Source of the DNA: Eggerthellaceae bacterium
Lineage (GTDB): Bacteria; Actinomycetota; Coriobacteriia; Coriobacteriales; Eggerthellaceae
DNA: 62,136 nucleotides
NCBI GenBank assembly: GCA_045629845.1
Contig: JAZQRZ010000212.1
Coordinates: 1 to 62,136, forward strand
Direction: 5' to 3'
The stretch's first letter is position 1, and every line of letters begins with the position of its first letter. The translations under genes were made by a program, and so were the position numbers. Below, piece by piece: positions 47,261-56,483 of the stretch. A model generated the notes under the pieces. It had not been told where the DNA came from and made no database searches. It saw only the letters and a list, made by a program, of their open reading frames with translations.

Positions 47261-48306
47261 CGTCTGCCCTGCCTTGTTATGAGATATAAAAAGAACGGAG
47301 CACCAATAAACGCTGTAAGAATTCCAATAGGTATTTCAGCGGTGGTAAGCAAGCGCGAAACATCATCTACCAGCAAAAGAAATGAAGCCCCCATAAGCAT
47401 ACTTGCTGGCATAAGCTTTCGATAATCACTGCCAATAAGCATGCGAGAAAGATGCGGAATAACCAAGCCAACCCAGCCAATCATGCCTGTAACCGCAACG
47501 CTTGAAGCAGTAACCAGCGTAGCAGCAATAATGATAATCAAGCGCAGGCGCTTCGTATTAACACCCATAGTTGATGCCTCTTCATCGCCCATGGTTAAAA
47601 TATTAATGCGCCAACGCAAGACAAACAGCGTCACCAGACCCGCAGCCATAGGAACAATTACCATGGTAATATCTGCTGGCTTTGCACTCGTTAAGCTGCC
47701 CATAAGCCAGTAAGTAATAGCTGGCAACTGATCAGTTGGGTCTGCCACAAGCTTGGTAAAAGATACCCCCGCAGAGAACAAAGAACTAACCATAACACCA
47801 GCCAGCACAACGGTAAGTACTTGATTTCCTCGAGATGCCTGAGCAACTACCACAACAAGCAAAACAGTAATAATCGAGAAGCAAAAGGCCATGACTGAAA
47901 CGCCAAAAGCGCCAAATCCGATAAGGATAGCCACCGCTGCGCCAAATGCTGCACCTTGTGAGGCCCCAAGAATATCAGGCGATACAAGAGGATTTTGAAA
48001 TGTGCCCTGATAGGCAGCACCAGCCGCCGACAAACAGCACCCTACCAACATAGCAAGAATCACACGCGGCAGGCGCACGTTAAAGAAGATAAGCGCTTCT
48101 TGGTTGGTCCAGAATTCATTGATTGGTGCAACAGTGCCAACCAACATGCCTACAACCTTATCAGGGCTAATAGGATATCTCCCCACAAGAAACGATAAAA
48201 CCCCTAGCACCACAAGAATGATGCCCAAGCCAACAAGAATGATATTTGCTTTGCGATTGCGATGAACAGGTACGCTTCTCGCTTTATCTAATGTTTTGCT
48301 ACACAT
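47257..48306 (-). CDS. FecCD/BtuC-family ABC transporter permease
   Basis: Polytopic FecCD-type sequence. Overlaps the ATPase start by 4 nt. The start is trimmed to the ATG at 48306. Confidence 0.9.
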   Translation of the reverse strand: MCSKTLDKARSVPVHRNRKANIILVGLGIILVVLGVLSFLVGRYPISPDKVVGMLVGTVAPINEFWTNQEALIFFNVRLPRVILAMLVGCCLSAAGAAYQGTFQNPLVSPDILGASQGAAFGAAVAILIGFGAFGVSVMAFCFSIITVLLVVVVAQASRGNQVLTVVLAGVMVSSLFSAGVSFTKLVADPTDQLPAITYWLMGSLTSAKPADITMVIVPMAAGLVTLFVLRWRINILTMGDEEASTMGVNTKRLRLIIIIAATLVTASSVAVTGMIGWVGLVIPHLSRMLIGSDYRKLMPASMLMGASFLLLVDDVSRLLTTAEIPIGILTAFIGAPFFLYLITRQGRR

Positions 48307-48322
48307 AGGCTTTTGGCGATAG

Positions 48323-49105
48323 CTATGCCCGAATTGAACACATCTGAAGAGCTTCACCAAAGAACTGACCCGCACCTGTCTTTACAGCAAAGCGCGTCTT
48401 TTCAGGATCAGCAACTACGCTGCCAGCCAGCATATCAACACCATAGTCAAACAGCTGAGGTGACAAAACAACCGAGGGGCCTACCAGGATGGTGGTTACG
48501 CCTTCTGCAAGCGTTAAAAGACGCGGCGCCGTCTTATTGATGATAGTTACCCCTGTCATAAATAGATAATCCTGTTCAGGAATGATATATTCACAAGCTG
48601 GATCGGGTAAATCTTCTTCGCGCGGCTTTCTTTCAAGAACAGTTAAATCTGCGTACTCTGAAATGCGCTCAACATGCGGGAAATGCCCAATTACCGTTAC
48701 CTTAGCATTGCCCTTTGCCGCAATTTCAGGGCGATAAAGCTCGAAAGCATCAATCTTGCGAATGGTGCCATCAGGAAGATCAATCTTTTCGTCGTATGAT
48801 GCACCAAGCTTGTCGATTAGTTCTGGCCGTGCATACCAAGCATTTAGCGCCGCCACACCAAGTGAAGCCTCTTCAAAGCACCACGATTTAGCAAGTTTCG
48901 CAGCTTCACGAAGCTGTAAGCCAAGCAAATCACGCTTGTCCGTCCGCTTCGAACCCCCACTCGTTGAAAACGAAACGCCCATACCGCATTCTGCTTCAAG
49001 ATATGACCAATGGGTTCCAAGACAGTAGTCGGTTACTTCAATTCCTTCTGGTACGCCATCAATAAGTGCGTCATAGAACTTCCAAGGCGACTTTGCCTGA
49101 GTCAT
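48323..49105 (-). CDS. DUF4213/DUF364 (putative metal-chelation, Rossmann-like) protein
   Basis: The N-terminus (YDALIDGVPEGIEVTDYCLGTHWSYLEAECGMGVSF) and the later Rossmann-like VTVIGHFP segment are typical of the DUF4213-DUF364 architecture as I recall it. ATG after GAGGGGAG. Confidence 0.65.
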   Translation of the reverse strand: MTQAKSPWKFYDALIDGVPEGIEVTDYCLGTHWSYLEAECGMGVSFSTSGGSKRTDKRDLLGLQLREAAKLAKSWCFEEASLGVAALNAWYARPELIDKLGASYDEKIDLPDGTIRKIDAFELYRPEIAAKGNAKVTVIGHFPHVERISEYADLTVLERKPREEDLPDPACEYIIPEQDYLFMTGVTIINKTAPRLLTLAEGVTTILVGPSVVLSPQLFDYGVDMLAGSVVADPEKTRFAVKTGAGQFFGEALQMCSIRA

Positions 49106-49130
49106 GATTTCTCCCCTCATTTTTAAAGAA

Positions 49131-49154
49131 CCTCGCCCTCAAAGGAGGGCGAGG
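49131..49154 (-). terminator. intercistronic hairpin / partial terminator after the binding-protein gene
   Basis: CCTCGCCCTC-(4)-GAGGGCGAGG followed by UUCUUUAAAAA. Confidence 0.5.
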
Positions 49155-49171
49155 CGAAATAATCGTCGAAC

Positions 49172-50308
49172 TTAGTTCTTAGGTACAGAGTTAGCAATAA
49201 GCTTGTTGCACTCTTCGTCGGTCAGGTTGTAACCATAGAAAGTCTTGTAGTAGTTCTTGGTAACGTCAGCAATGCTATCGGTGAACTTATCGGGATAGCA
49301 CAGACGCGCAAACCACTGATAGCCAAGCACCTGGTTAACGCCCGGAGGCGACGAAAGCCAATTATATGGCTCGCCCGGAACGGCATAATAATTACCGCTG
49401 GAAATCGCAGTAAGCGACTGCCACGTAGCATCGCTACCAACCGTATCATAAATGCTGTCTGGCGCAAAAACGATCATAGCCGGGTTCCAAAGAGCAATCT
49501 GTTCGAAGCTGGTTTCGTTCCCCAAGCCAGAACCAGCTGCCTTTTCAACAACGGCAACATTATCAGCAACAGCATCGACAACTGTGCCCTGGAAGGAGCC
49601 TTTTGCCATAACATTCAGCCCTGCATCGCCAAGAAGATACAGAACCTTTACGCGGTCAGACTCGGGAATCTTTGCAACGATTTCATCGGTAGCCTTTACG
49701 TTCTTGCTGCAATAATCAGCAAGTTCCTTGGCACGATCCTGGACACCCAAAATTTCACCAAGCTGCAGATACGCCTGGTCATAGGTGTTATACGTTGCTT
49801 CAATATGAATGCATGGAATACCAATCGATTCCTGAATGCTGTCCATATCCTCGACAATGGTCTTCTTTGCTTCCCCAATATCAATGATGACCTGAGGGTT
49901 GGCGTTAGCGACTGCTTCCTTATTGAAGTCGCCCTTACCGCCATAAATCTGGCCAAACACAGGTAGGCTGGTCAAATCGGTAGCCACATACTTGATTTCA
50001 GCTTCAGACGCCTTATTGGAAAGACCCACCAACTTTTCGGGAGCCAGCGTAAGCATTGCCATCTGGGAAATCGGGCCAGAAATAGCAACGCGATCAATCT
50101 TTGCCGGCAATTCAACAGTGCGACCTGCAGAATCAGTAAACATCACCGTATCACTTGAAGATGCGCTGCTTGATGCACCGCTTGCAGCCTGGGAACTGGA
50201 TGCGGAGCTACTTGTGCCCCCCGAGTTGCATCCTGCTAGACCCAGTACGACTGCACAGCACAGCGCTATGCATGCGAGGGCCACCCCTTTCATACTCACA
50301 CGCTTCAT
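49172..50308 (-). CDS. ABC transporter substrate-binding lipoprotein (class III, siderophore/cobalamin/heme-type)
   Basis: Lipobox (VVLGLAGC-NSGG), a Ser/Ala linker and a PBP fold typical of FecB/BtuF-like proteins. AGGAGGAAGG RBS. Confidence 0.88.
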   Translation of the reverse strand: MKRVSMKGVALACIALCCAVVLGLAGCNSGGTSSSASSSQAASGASSSASSSDTVMFTDSAGRTVELPAKIDRVAISGPISQMAMLTLAPEKLVGLSNKASEAEIKYVATDLTSLPVFGQIYGGKGDFNKEAVANANPQVIIDIGEAKKTIVEDMDSIQESIGIPCIHIEATYNTYDQAYLQLGEILGVQDRAKELADYCSKNVKATDEIVAKIPESDRVKVLYLLGDAGLNVMAKGSFQGTVVDAVADNVAVVEKAAGSGLGNETSFEQIALWNPAMIVFAPDSIYDTVGSDATWQSLTAISSGNYYAVPGEPYNWLSSPPGVNQVLGYQWFARLCYPDKFTDSIADVTKNYYKTFYGYNLTDEECNKLIANSVPKN

Positions 50309-50467
50309 CCTTCCTCCTTTTGAAGAATTAATCTCTATCGCGAATCATCCTCGTTCGCGATTAGTCATAGTAATGCTTATTCGCGTTTCTGTATAGTTTC
50401 AATCGTAAATAATTAAAGATATTTCGATTCAAATGAAGACGATAAGAAATATGATCTCTTGTCCACC

Positions 50468-50495
50468 TAAAAAAAGAGCCACCCGAAGGTGGCTC
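50468..50495 (-). terminator. intrinsic terminator after trxA
   Basis: GAGCCACC-TTCG-GGTGGCTC followed by U7. Confidence 0.88.
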
Positions 50496-50524
50496 GATTT
50501 AGCGCTTGAAGTGCAAACTTAATA

Positions 50525-50833
50525 CTAGTCAAACAGCTTCATGATGTTTTCTTTAGGCTGTGCACCCAGCGTCTGTGCAGTAGGCTGACCACCCTTGAAA
50601 ACAATGAAGGTTGGAATGCTCATAACGCCATACTTCTGAGCGATATCCATGTTTTCATCGATATCAATCTTATAAACCTTAGCACTAGCGCCCTTTTCAG
50701 CTGCAACTTCATCGATAACAGGGGCCATCATCTTGCAAGGGCCGCACCACGTTGCAAAAAAGTCAACGAGAACTGGCTCGGTTGCGTCGAGCACCTTTGC
50801 TTGCCAATCAGCGGAATTAATTTGTTCAGTCAT
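50525..50833 (-). CDS. trxA: thioredoxin
   Basis: WCGPC active site. The start is trimmed to the ATG after AGGAGG. Confidence 0.95.
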   Translation of the reverse strand: MTEQINSADWQAKVLDATEPVLVDFFATWCGPCKMMAPVIDEVAAEKGASAKVYKIDIDENMDIAQKYGVMSIPTFIVFKGGQPTAQTLGAQPKENIMKLFD

Positions 50834-50932
50834 AGTTTTACCTCCTAGGTAGTCTTTCTTGTCGCCCATTGTAGCGAAGAGATATGGAGAAGAGGTATCA
50901 CGTTATAAAGTTGTGGAAAAAAGTCGAGGATA

Positions 50933-50971
50933 TAAAAAGGCTGAGGAGCCTTCGAGCGAAGCTCCTCAGCC
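50933..50971 (-). terminator. intrinsic terminator after thrS
   Basis: 11-bp stem GGCTGAGGAGC...GCTCCTCAGCC followed by UUUUUAU. Confidence 0.88.
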
Positions 50972-50994
50972 TATCGGTTCATCTACTAATTGAT

Positions 50995-52908
50995 TTAGAC
51001 AACTGCGTCAGCGAGCAGGTCAACCATCTGCTGAACTGGCCAAGTACCCAAATCGCCTTCCGTACGCTCGCGAACAGAAATGGTTCCGTCTTCAACTTCC
51101 TTGTCGCCAAGAACAATCATGTACGGAACCTTCTGCGCCTGAGCTTTTGCAACCTTTACGCGCATAGGTTCGTTCTGCTCGTACACTTCAACACGACCGC
51201 CCACATCGTTCAGCTTGTGCGCAAGCTCGTAAGCAGCATCCTTATGGCGATCAGCAATCGGCAGGATGACAGCCTGCGTAGGAGCCAACCACAGCGGCAG
51301 CGAACCAGCATAGTGTTCAATCAAGATGCCCAAGAAGCGCTCGATTGAACCGAAGAGCGCGCGATGCAGCATGTAAGGACGCTCTTCAGTGTTGTCGGCC
51401 GTACGATAGGTAATGTCAAAGCGCTCGGGCAGGTTGAAGTCGACCTGAACCGTCGAGCACTGCCACATACGACCAATAGCATCGCGAACCTTGATATCGA
51501 TCTTCGGGCCATAGAAAGCGCCATCGCCAGGATTGATCTCGTAAACAAGACCGCGGGTTTCGCATGCTTCCTTCAAAGCACTTTCTGCGTATTCCCACAT
51601 TTCGTCAGAGCCAATAGACTTGGCTGGGCGCGTAGAAATCTCGGCTTCATATTCAAAGCCAAATTCCTTCATGATGTTGTCAGCAAGGTCAAGAATTGCA
51701 ACAACTTCTTCGACAACCTGATCCTTGCGGCAGAACACATGAGCATCGTCCTGCGTAAAACCACGAGCGCGCATAAGACCGTGTACAACACCTGACATTT
51801 CGTGACGGTATACCGTACCAAATTCGAAGTAACGTACAGGCAAATCGCGATACGAATGAACATCATTGCGATACAGCATTACATGACCCGGGCAGTTCAT
51901 GGGCTTCACACCATATTCGCTGTAGCGCGGCTGATCATCAGTACCTTCATTGATGTTGAAGAAGTACATGTTCTCGTGGTAGAAGTCGTAATGACCACTG
52001 GTCTTCCACACGTCAGCCTTATAAATATGCGGCGTAATAACTTCTTCGTAGCCACGACGATACAGTTCCTTACGCAACCATTCCTGCATGGTACGAATAA
52101 TGCGAGCACCCTTCGGAAGATACAGCGGCAGACCAACGCCTGCCAGGTCATCCATCATGAAGATACCCAGTTCACGACCAAGCTTGCGGTGGTCGCGTTT
52201 TTCAGCTTCTTCCAAATTGTGCAGGTATTCTTCAAGTTCTGCTTTCTTAAAGAAAGCCGTGCCATACAAACGCTGCAGCTGTTCACGTTCAGCATCGCCG
52301 CGCCAGTAGGCGCCAGCAATCTTCTGCAGCTTAAACGCGGGCACCTTGCCTGTGTTGGGCAGGTGCGGACCACGGCACAAATCGGTAAAGCTACCAATCG
52401 TATACGTGGTAATAGGTTCGTCTTCAGGTAGTTCGTTAATCAGTTCAACCTTGAAGGGCTGATCTGCGAACATTTCAAGAGCTTCTGCACGCGAAACAAC
52501 CTTGCGTTCAAACGGCTTTGCTTCTGCCACGATTTCAGCCATACGGGCTTCAATTGCTTCGAAGTCGTCGCTAGAAAGCGTACGGTCAAGCATAACGTCG
52601 TAGTAGAAGCCATTTTCGATTGCAGGACCAACACCAAACTTCACATCGCCGTATAAATCGACGAGTGCAGCAGCCATGACATGCGCTGTTGAATGACGAA
52701 GCAGTTCAAGCGCCTCTTCACTTTTGTTGGTAACAATAGAAACCTGGTCGCCATCGTTAACTTCACGGCTTAAATCAACAAGATCGCCGTTAATAACGCC
52801 GCCGAGAGCGGCTTTGGCTAGACCAGAACCGATGGAAGCTGCAACATCAGCAACCGTCGCGCCAGATTCGAGTTCCTTGATAGAACCATCAGGCAAAACA
52901 ACATTCAT
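50995..52908 (-). CDS. thrS: threonine--tRNA ligase
   Basis: TGS domain, editing domain, class II core and anticodon-binding domain. The start is trimmed to the ATG at 52908 (MNVVLPDGS) after GGAAAGGAA. Confidence 0.96.
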   Translation of the reverse strand: MNVVLPDGSIKELESGATVADVAASIGSGLAKAALGGVINGDLVDLSREVNDGDQVSIVTNKSEEALELLRHSTAHVMAAALVDLYGDVKFGVGPAIENGFYYDVMLDRTLSSDDFEAIEARMAEIVAEAKPFERKVVSRAEALEMFADQPFKVELINELPEDEPITTYTIGSFTDLCRGPHLPNTGKVPAFKLQKIAGAYWRGDAEREQLQRLYGTAFFKKAELEEYLHNLEEAEKRDHRKLGRELGIFMMDDLAGVGLPLYLPKGARIIRTMQEWLRKELYRRGYEEVITPHIYKADVWKTSGHYDFYHENMYFFNINEGTDDQPRYSEYGVKPMNCPGHVMLYRNDVHSYRDLPVRYFEFGTVYRHEMSGVVHGLMRARGFTQDDAHVFCRKDQVVEEVVAILDLADNIMKEFGFEYEAEISTRPAKSIGSDEMWEYAESALKEACETRGLVYEINPGDGAFYGPKIDIKVRDAIGRMWQCSTVQVDFNLPERFDITYRTADNTEERPYMLHRALFGSIERFLGILIEHYAGSLPLWLAPTQAVILPIADRHKDAAYELAHKLNDVGGRVEVYEQNEPMRVKVAKAQAQKVPYMIVLGDKEVEDGTISVRERTEGDLGTWPVQQMVDLLADAVV

Positions 52909-52922
52909 AACTCGTTCCTTTC

Positions 52923-52978
52923 CGCCGGGCGCACACAAAGCGCCTGCTTCTTGCCGGGTGCAAACAAAGCACCTGCTT
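52923..52978 (-). promoter_or_regulatory. tandem anticodon-arm-like hairpins in the thrS 5' leader (candidate translational operator)
   Basis: A 30-nt tandem duplication. Each copy folds to a 5-bp stem and a 7-nt loop (GGUGC-UUUGUUU-GCACC and GGCGC-UUUGUGU-GCGCC). The proximal hairpin abuts the SD. Confidence 0.5.
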
Positions 52979-53108
52979 GGATTCGCGCCTTTTGACGCGT
53001 CCGACCATTATATAAAGAGCAAGACAAATACGGGGAAATCTTTCGGTCAGCTCACAAGAAAGCCGCTTGATTGTGAAGAAAAGTTCGACAATCCCCTAAC
53101 CCCTACAA

Positions 53109-53133
53109 CAAAAAAGCCGCCCCGAAGGACGGC
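53109..53133 (-). terminator. intrinsic terminator after the 53156..53617 gene
   Basis: GCCGUCC-UUCG-GGGCGGC followed by U6. Confidence 0.8.
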
Positions 53134-53155
53134 TTGGTGTTCTATTAAAAGAAAA

Positions 53156-53617
53156 CTAGCGTGCGTGGCTGCGACGCGCAGCACCACCAGCATTAACCGG
53201 CGTGGTGCAATACGGGCAGACACTCCAAGAAGGATCGAGTGCATGATGGCAGGTCGAGCACAGGTTCTTCAGACGCTGATGGCAATTCGGGCACATGACA
53301 TAGTCAGCTTCGACCGGATAACCACAAGCCGCACATTCGCCGAACTTCATGAGTTCTCGCTGCTTCAAAGCCACTTCAAGTTCTTGCTCGTCACGATCGA
53401 TCTGCAGCAGTGGCGGACGCAGCAGGCAGTATGCGATAACGCCCAGCAACGGCACCAACGCAACAATTGCCCAGATATACCACATGGTTCCACGCATATA
53501 CGCATCGCGTGCAACCCAAATGATGCTAAGTACATACAGGATGACCAGGCAGACGACAATAACCGTGAATGCGGTTTGCAATTCAGGCGTCCACAGCTGA
53601 GACATCAATTCGTTCAT
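53156..53617 (-). CDS. membrane protein with a PLD-nuclease-N-like TM domain and a double zinc ribbon
   Basis: Two TM segments with the W..I..L.P.LG...Y.L.RP pattern, then CAACG...CPNC...CSTC...CPYC. Confidence 0.7.
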   Translation of the reverse strand: MNELMSQLWTPELQTAFTVIVVCLVILYVLSIIWVARDAYMRGTMWYIWAIVALVPLLGVIAYCLLRPPLLQIDRDEQELEVALKQRELMKFGECAACGYPVEADYVMCPNCHQRLKNLCSTCHHALDPSWSVCPYCTTPVNAGGAARRSHAR

Positions 53618-53715
53618 TGCTTCCCCTTTTATCGTTTGAACTACGTATAACGGCGATTCATTATATCATTCATCAGAATGACTTTGCGAACAGGGCAAAG
53701 ACACATACCCTGTTC

Positions 53716-53748
53716 AAATAAAAATATGGAAAGGGCTAAGCCCTTTCC
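53716..53748 (-). terminator. intrinsic terminator after valS
   Basis: GGAAAGGGC-UUA-GCCCUUUCC followed by AUAUUUUUAUUU. Confidence 0.85.
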
Positions 53749-53751
53749 ACC

Positions 53752-56424
53752 TTATTGCAATTCAGCAAGCTGCTCATCGATACGAGCAATCTTATCGGCT
53801 AAATCGGCATGCTTAGCACGGTCCTTCTCGATGATTTCGGGAGCAGCCTTAGCAAGGAAGCCCTGGTTAGTAAGCTTCTTTGCAAGCTTAGCTTCGTCAA
53901 CGCTAAGCTTTTCGCGTTCCTTCTGCAGGCGTGCACGTTCAGCATCAAAGTCAACAAAGCCAGCAAGAACAATGTATGTTTCGATGCCGCTACCAAGAAC
54001 AACAGCAGATGCTTCAGGTTTAGCTGCATCAGCAGCAATCGTAAGCGAAGCAGTGTTTGCCATGCTTTCAACCAAACCACGCTGCGCATTAAGCAAAGCA
54101 GCGTCGGCATCAGCAAGCTTAACCACCACATCAAGAGCCTGCTTCGGCGAAATGCCATAGCGAGCACGTGTTGAACGAGCAGCAGAAATGGTTTCGCACA
54201 CCAGGTCGATGGCGCGTTCGGAGTCGTCATCGACATAAGCAGCAAGTGCCTTTGCTTCAGGCCAATCAGCACCAATAAGATAGGGCACCTCGGAACGATC
54301 AAACGGAAGCTCTTGGTAAATCTCTTCAGTTACGAAAGGCATGATTGGGTGCAGCAAACGAATTGCCTGACCCAGTACAAACATGAGATTGCGCTGGCAG
54401 GTAAGACGATCGGCTGGGTTGTCTTCTGCAAACAGGCGCGACTTCGAGAATTCGATATACCAATCGCAGAATTCATTCCAGAAGAACGAATACAGCTCGC
54501 GCGTAATTTCACCAAATTCAAACTGTTCGTACAGCTTATCCAAGGAAGCGACAAGCTTAGCAAGACGGCTGAAAATCCAGCGGTCAGCTGGCGTGGAAGG
54601 CTCGGGTGCACCCGGCGTATAGCCTTCAAGATTCATGCTGACGAAACGCGCTGCGTTACGAATCTTATTAGCAAAGTTTCGCGAGCTAACAAGCTTATCT
54701 TCGTTGAACTTGAGATCCTGCGAGCCAGTGACCTGCATAAGAAGACCAAAGCGCATGCCATCGGCACCGTAATCACGCATAAGACGCAACGGGTCAACAC
54801 CATTACCGCGGCTCTTCGACATAGGCTTGCCATCGGAACCCATAACCGTGGGATGAATAATGACATGCTGGAAAGGAATTTGGCCTGTGCAGTATTCAGA
54901 TGCCATTACCATGCGGGCAACCCACAAACCCATGATGTCGCGCGCGGTAGAAAGCACCTGCGTGGGATACGTCTTTGCAATTTCATCGCTGACGGTGTTG
55001 CGATCAGTCCAGTTCTGCGTAGCAAATGGCCACAACTGACTTGAGAACCAGGTATCAAGTACGTCGGTATCCTGGCGAATTTCACCACCGCACGTCGGAC
55101 AAACAGAAGGCTCGTCAACACATGCATCTTCCCAACCACAAGCGTCACAGTAGTACATGGGAATACGATGACCCCACCACAGCTGACGCGAAATGCACCA
55201 GTCCTTCAAGTTGGCCAGCCAGTCAAGATATACCTGCTTCCAACGTTCGGGATGGAACTGAACCTCACCTGTTTCAACAGCAGCCGCTGCAGGCTTCTTC
55301 AGCTCGTCAACTGCCACAAACCACTGCTCAGATTCCCATGGTTCAAGCTTGGTATGACAACGATAGCAAGTCATAACCGAATGGTCATGATCTTCGATAT
55401 GGTCGAGCAAGCCTAATTCTTCAAAGGCAGCAACAACAGCATCGCGAGCTTCATCGCGATCCATACCACTGAACTTGCCATAACCTTCAACCACATGAGC
55501 GGTTTCGTCGAAAATATTAATACGCGGCAAATCATGACGCTGGCCCATACCCCAGTCATTCGGGTCGTGAGCAGGCGTAACCTTTACAAAGCCGGTACCA
55601 AATTCGGCATCGACAACAAAGTCTTCGAAGATAGGAATCTCGCGATCGACAAGTGGCAGACGCACCTTTGCACCCACAAACTTCTTCTTTTCGGGATCCT
55701 TCGGCGAAACTGCAACACCCGTGTCGCCCAGCATGGTTTCAGGACGTGTAGTAGCAACAACGATGTATTCCTGACCATCAATCGGTTCAACCAACGGATA
55801 GCGCAGATGCCACAGATGACCAGCTTCATCGATATATTCTGCTTCGTCATCAGCAATAGCAGTTGTGCAATGCGGACACCAATTGACAATACGCTTGCCA
55901 CGATAAATCAAATCATCGTGATACCAGTCAGCAAAGACCTGACGTACCGCACGCGCATAATCAGCATCCAAGGTGAAGTGCTCGTCATCGTAATCGCATG
56001 AGCAACCCATGCCTTTAATCTGGTTAACAATAGTGTTGCCGTATTCTTCGCGCCACTTCCAGCATTCTTCAATAAAGGCATCGCGGCCAATCTGCAGACG
56101 CGAAATACCTTCGTCGGCAAGCTTTTTATCGACCTTCGTCTGCGTAGCGATACCAGCATGGTCGGTACCAAGAATCCAGCGCGTGGGACGACCCTGCATA
56201 CGTGCATGACGTGTGCAAGTATCCTGAATGGTGTCGTTAAGTGCATGGCCCATATGCAGCACACCCGTAATATTGGGCGGCGGAATAACGATGGTATACG
56301 GATGGTCGGCGTATTCGCCACGACCAGCACTGCGTTGGAAGTAACCAGCGTCCTTCCAAGCATTAAACAGCGGCGTCTCGTGCGCCGCAAAATCGTAATC
56401 GATCTTCTTTCCTTCTTCAGCCAT
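53752..56424 (-). CDS. valS: valine--tRNA ligase
   Basis: HIGH-type motif (PPNITGVLHMGH), KMSKS and a C-terminal coiled coil. The start is trimmed to the ATG at 56424. Confidence 0.96.
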   Translation of the reverse strand: MAEEGKKIDYDFAAHETPLFNAWKDAGYFQRSAGRGEYADHPYTIVIPPPNITGVLHMGHALNDTIQDTCTRHARMQGRPTRWILGTDHAGIATQTKVDKKLADEGISRLQIGRDAFIEECWKWREEYGNTIVNQIKGMGCSCDYDDEHFTLDADYARAVRQVFADWYHDDLIYRGKRIVNWCPHCTTAIADDEAEYIDEAGHLWHLRYPLVEPIDGQEYIVVATTRPETMLGDTGVAVSPKDPEKKKFVGAKVRLPLVDREIPIFEDFVVDAEFGTGFVKVTPAHDPNDWGMGQRHDLPRINIFDETAHVVEGYGKFSGMDRDEARDAVVAAFEELGLLDHIEDHDHSVMTCYRCHTKLEPWESEQWFVAVDELKKPAAAAVETGEVQFHPERWKQVYLDWLANLKDWCISRQLWWGHRIPMYYCDACGWEDACVDEPSVCPTCGGEIRQDTDVLDTWFSSQLWPFATQNWTDRNTVSDEIAKTYPTQVLSTARDIMGLWVARMVMASEYCTGQIPFQHVIIHPTVMGSDGKPMSKSRGNGVDPLRLMRDYGADGMRFGLLMQVTGSQDLKFNEDKLVSSRNFANKIRNAARFVSMNLEGYTPGAPEPSTPADRWIFSRLAKLVASLDKLYEQFEFGEITRELYSFFWNEFCDWYIEFSKSRLFAEDNPADRLTCQRNLMFVLGQAIRLLHPIMPFVTEEIYQELPFDRSEVPYLIGADWPEAKALAAYVDDDSERAIDLVCETISAARSTRARYGISPKQALDVVVKLADADAALLNAQRGLVESMANTASLTIAADAAKPEASAVVLGSGIETYIVLAGFVDFDAERARLQKEREKLSVDEAKLAKKLTNQGFLAKAAPEIIEKDRAKHADLADKIARIDEQLAELQ

Positions 56425-56483
56425 ACACGCTCCCAAGCTTTTTGAAACTATTCCTTACTAATTAATTATTTGATAAGTGCAGA

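Noticed and set aside
50309-50467. Cobalamin riboswitch upstream of the BtuF/FecB-like ABC operon
   Set aside because: The leader is short and AT-rich, and it lacks the B12-box (rAGYCMGgAgaCCkGCc-like) and conserved GGAA/GCCACUG elements.
52909-53108. T-box leader upstream of thrS (also checked in the short spacer upstream of valS)
   Set aside because: There is no T-box core (AGGGUGGNACCGCG-like) and no specifier-loop architecture. The valS spacer is only 47 nt.
52724-53650. 308-aa plus-strand ORF
   Set aside because: It spans the thrS 5' end, a terminator and a promoter region, and runs antisense through the zinc-ribbon membrane gene. That is implausible as a gene.
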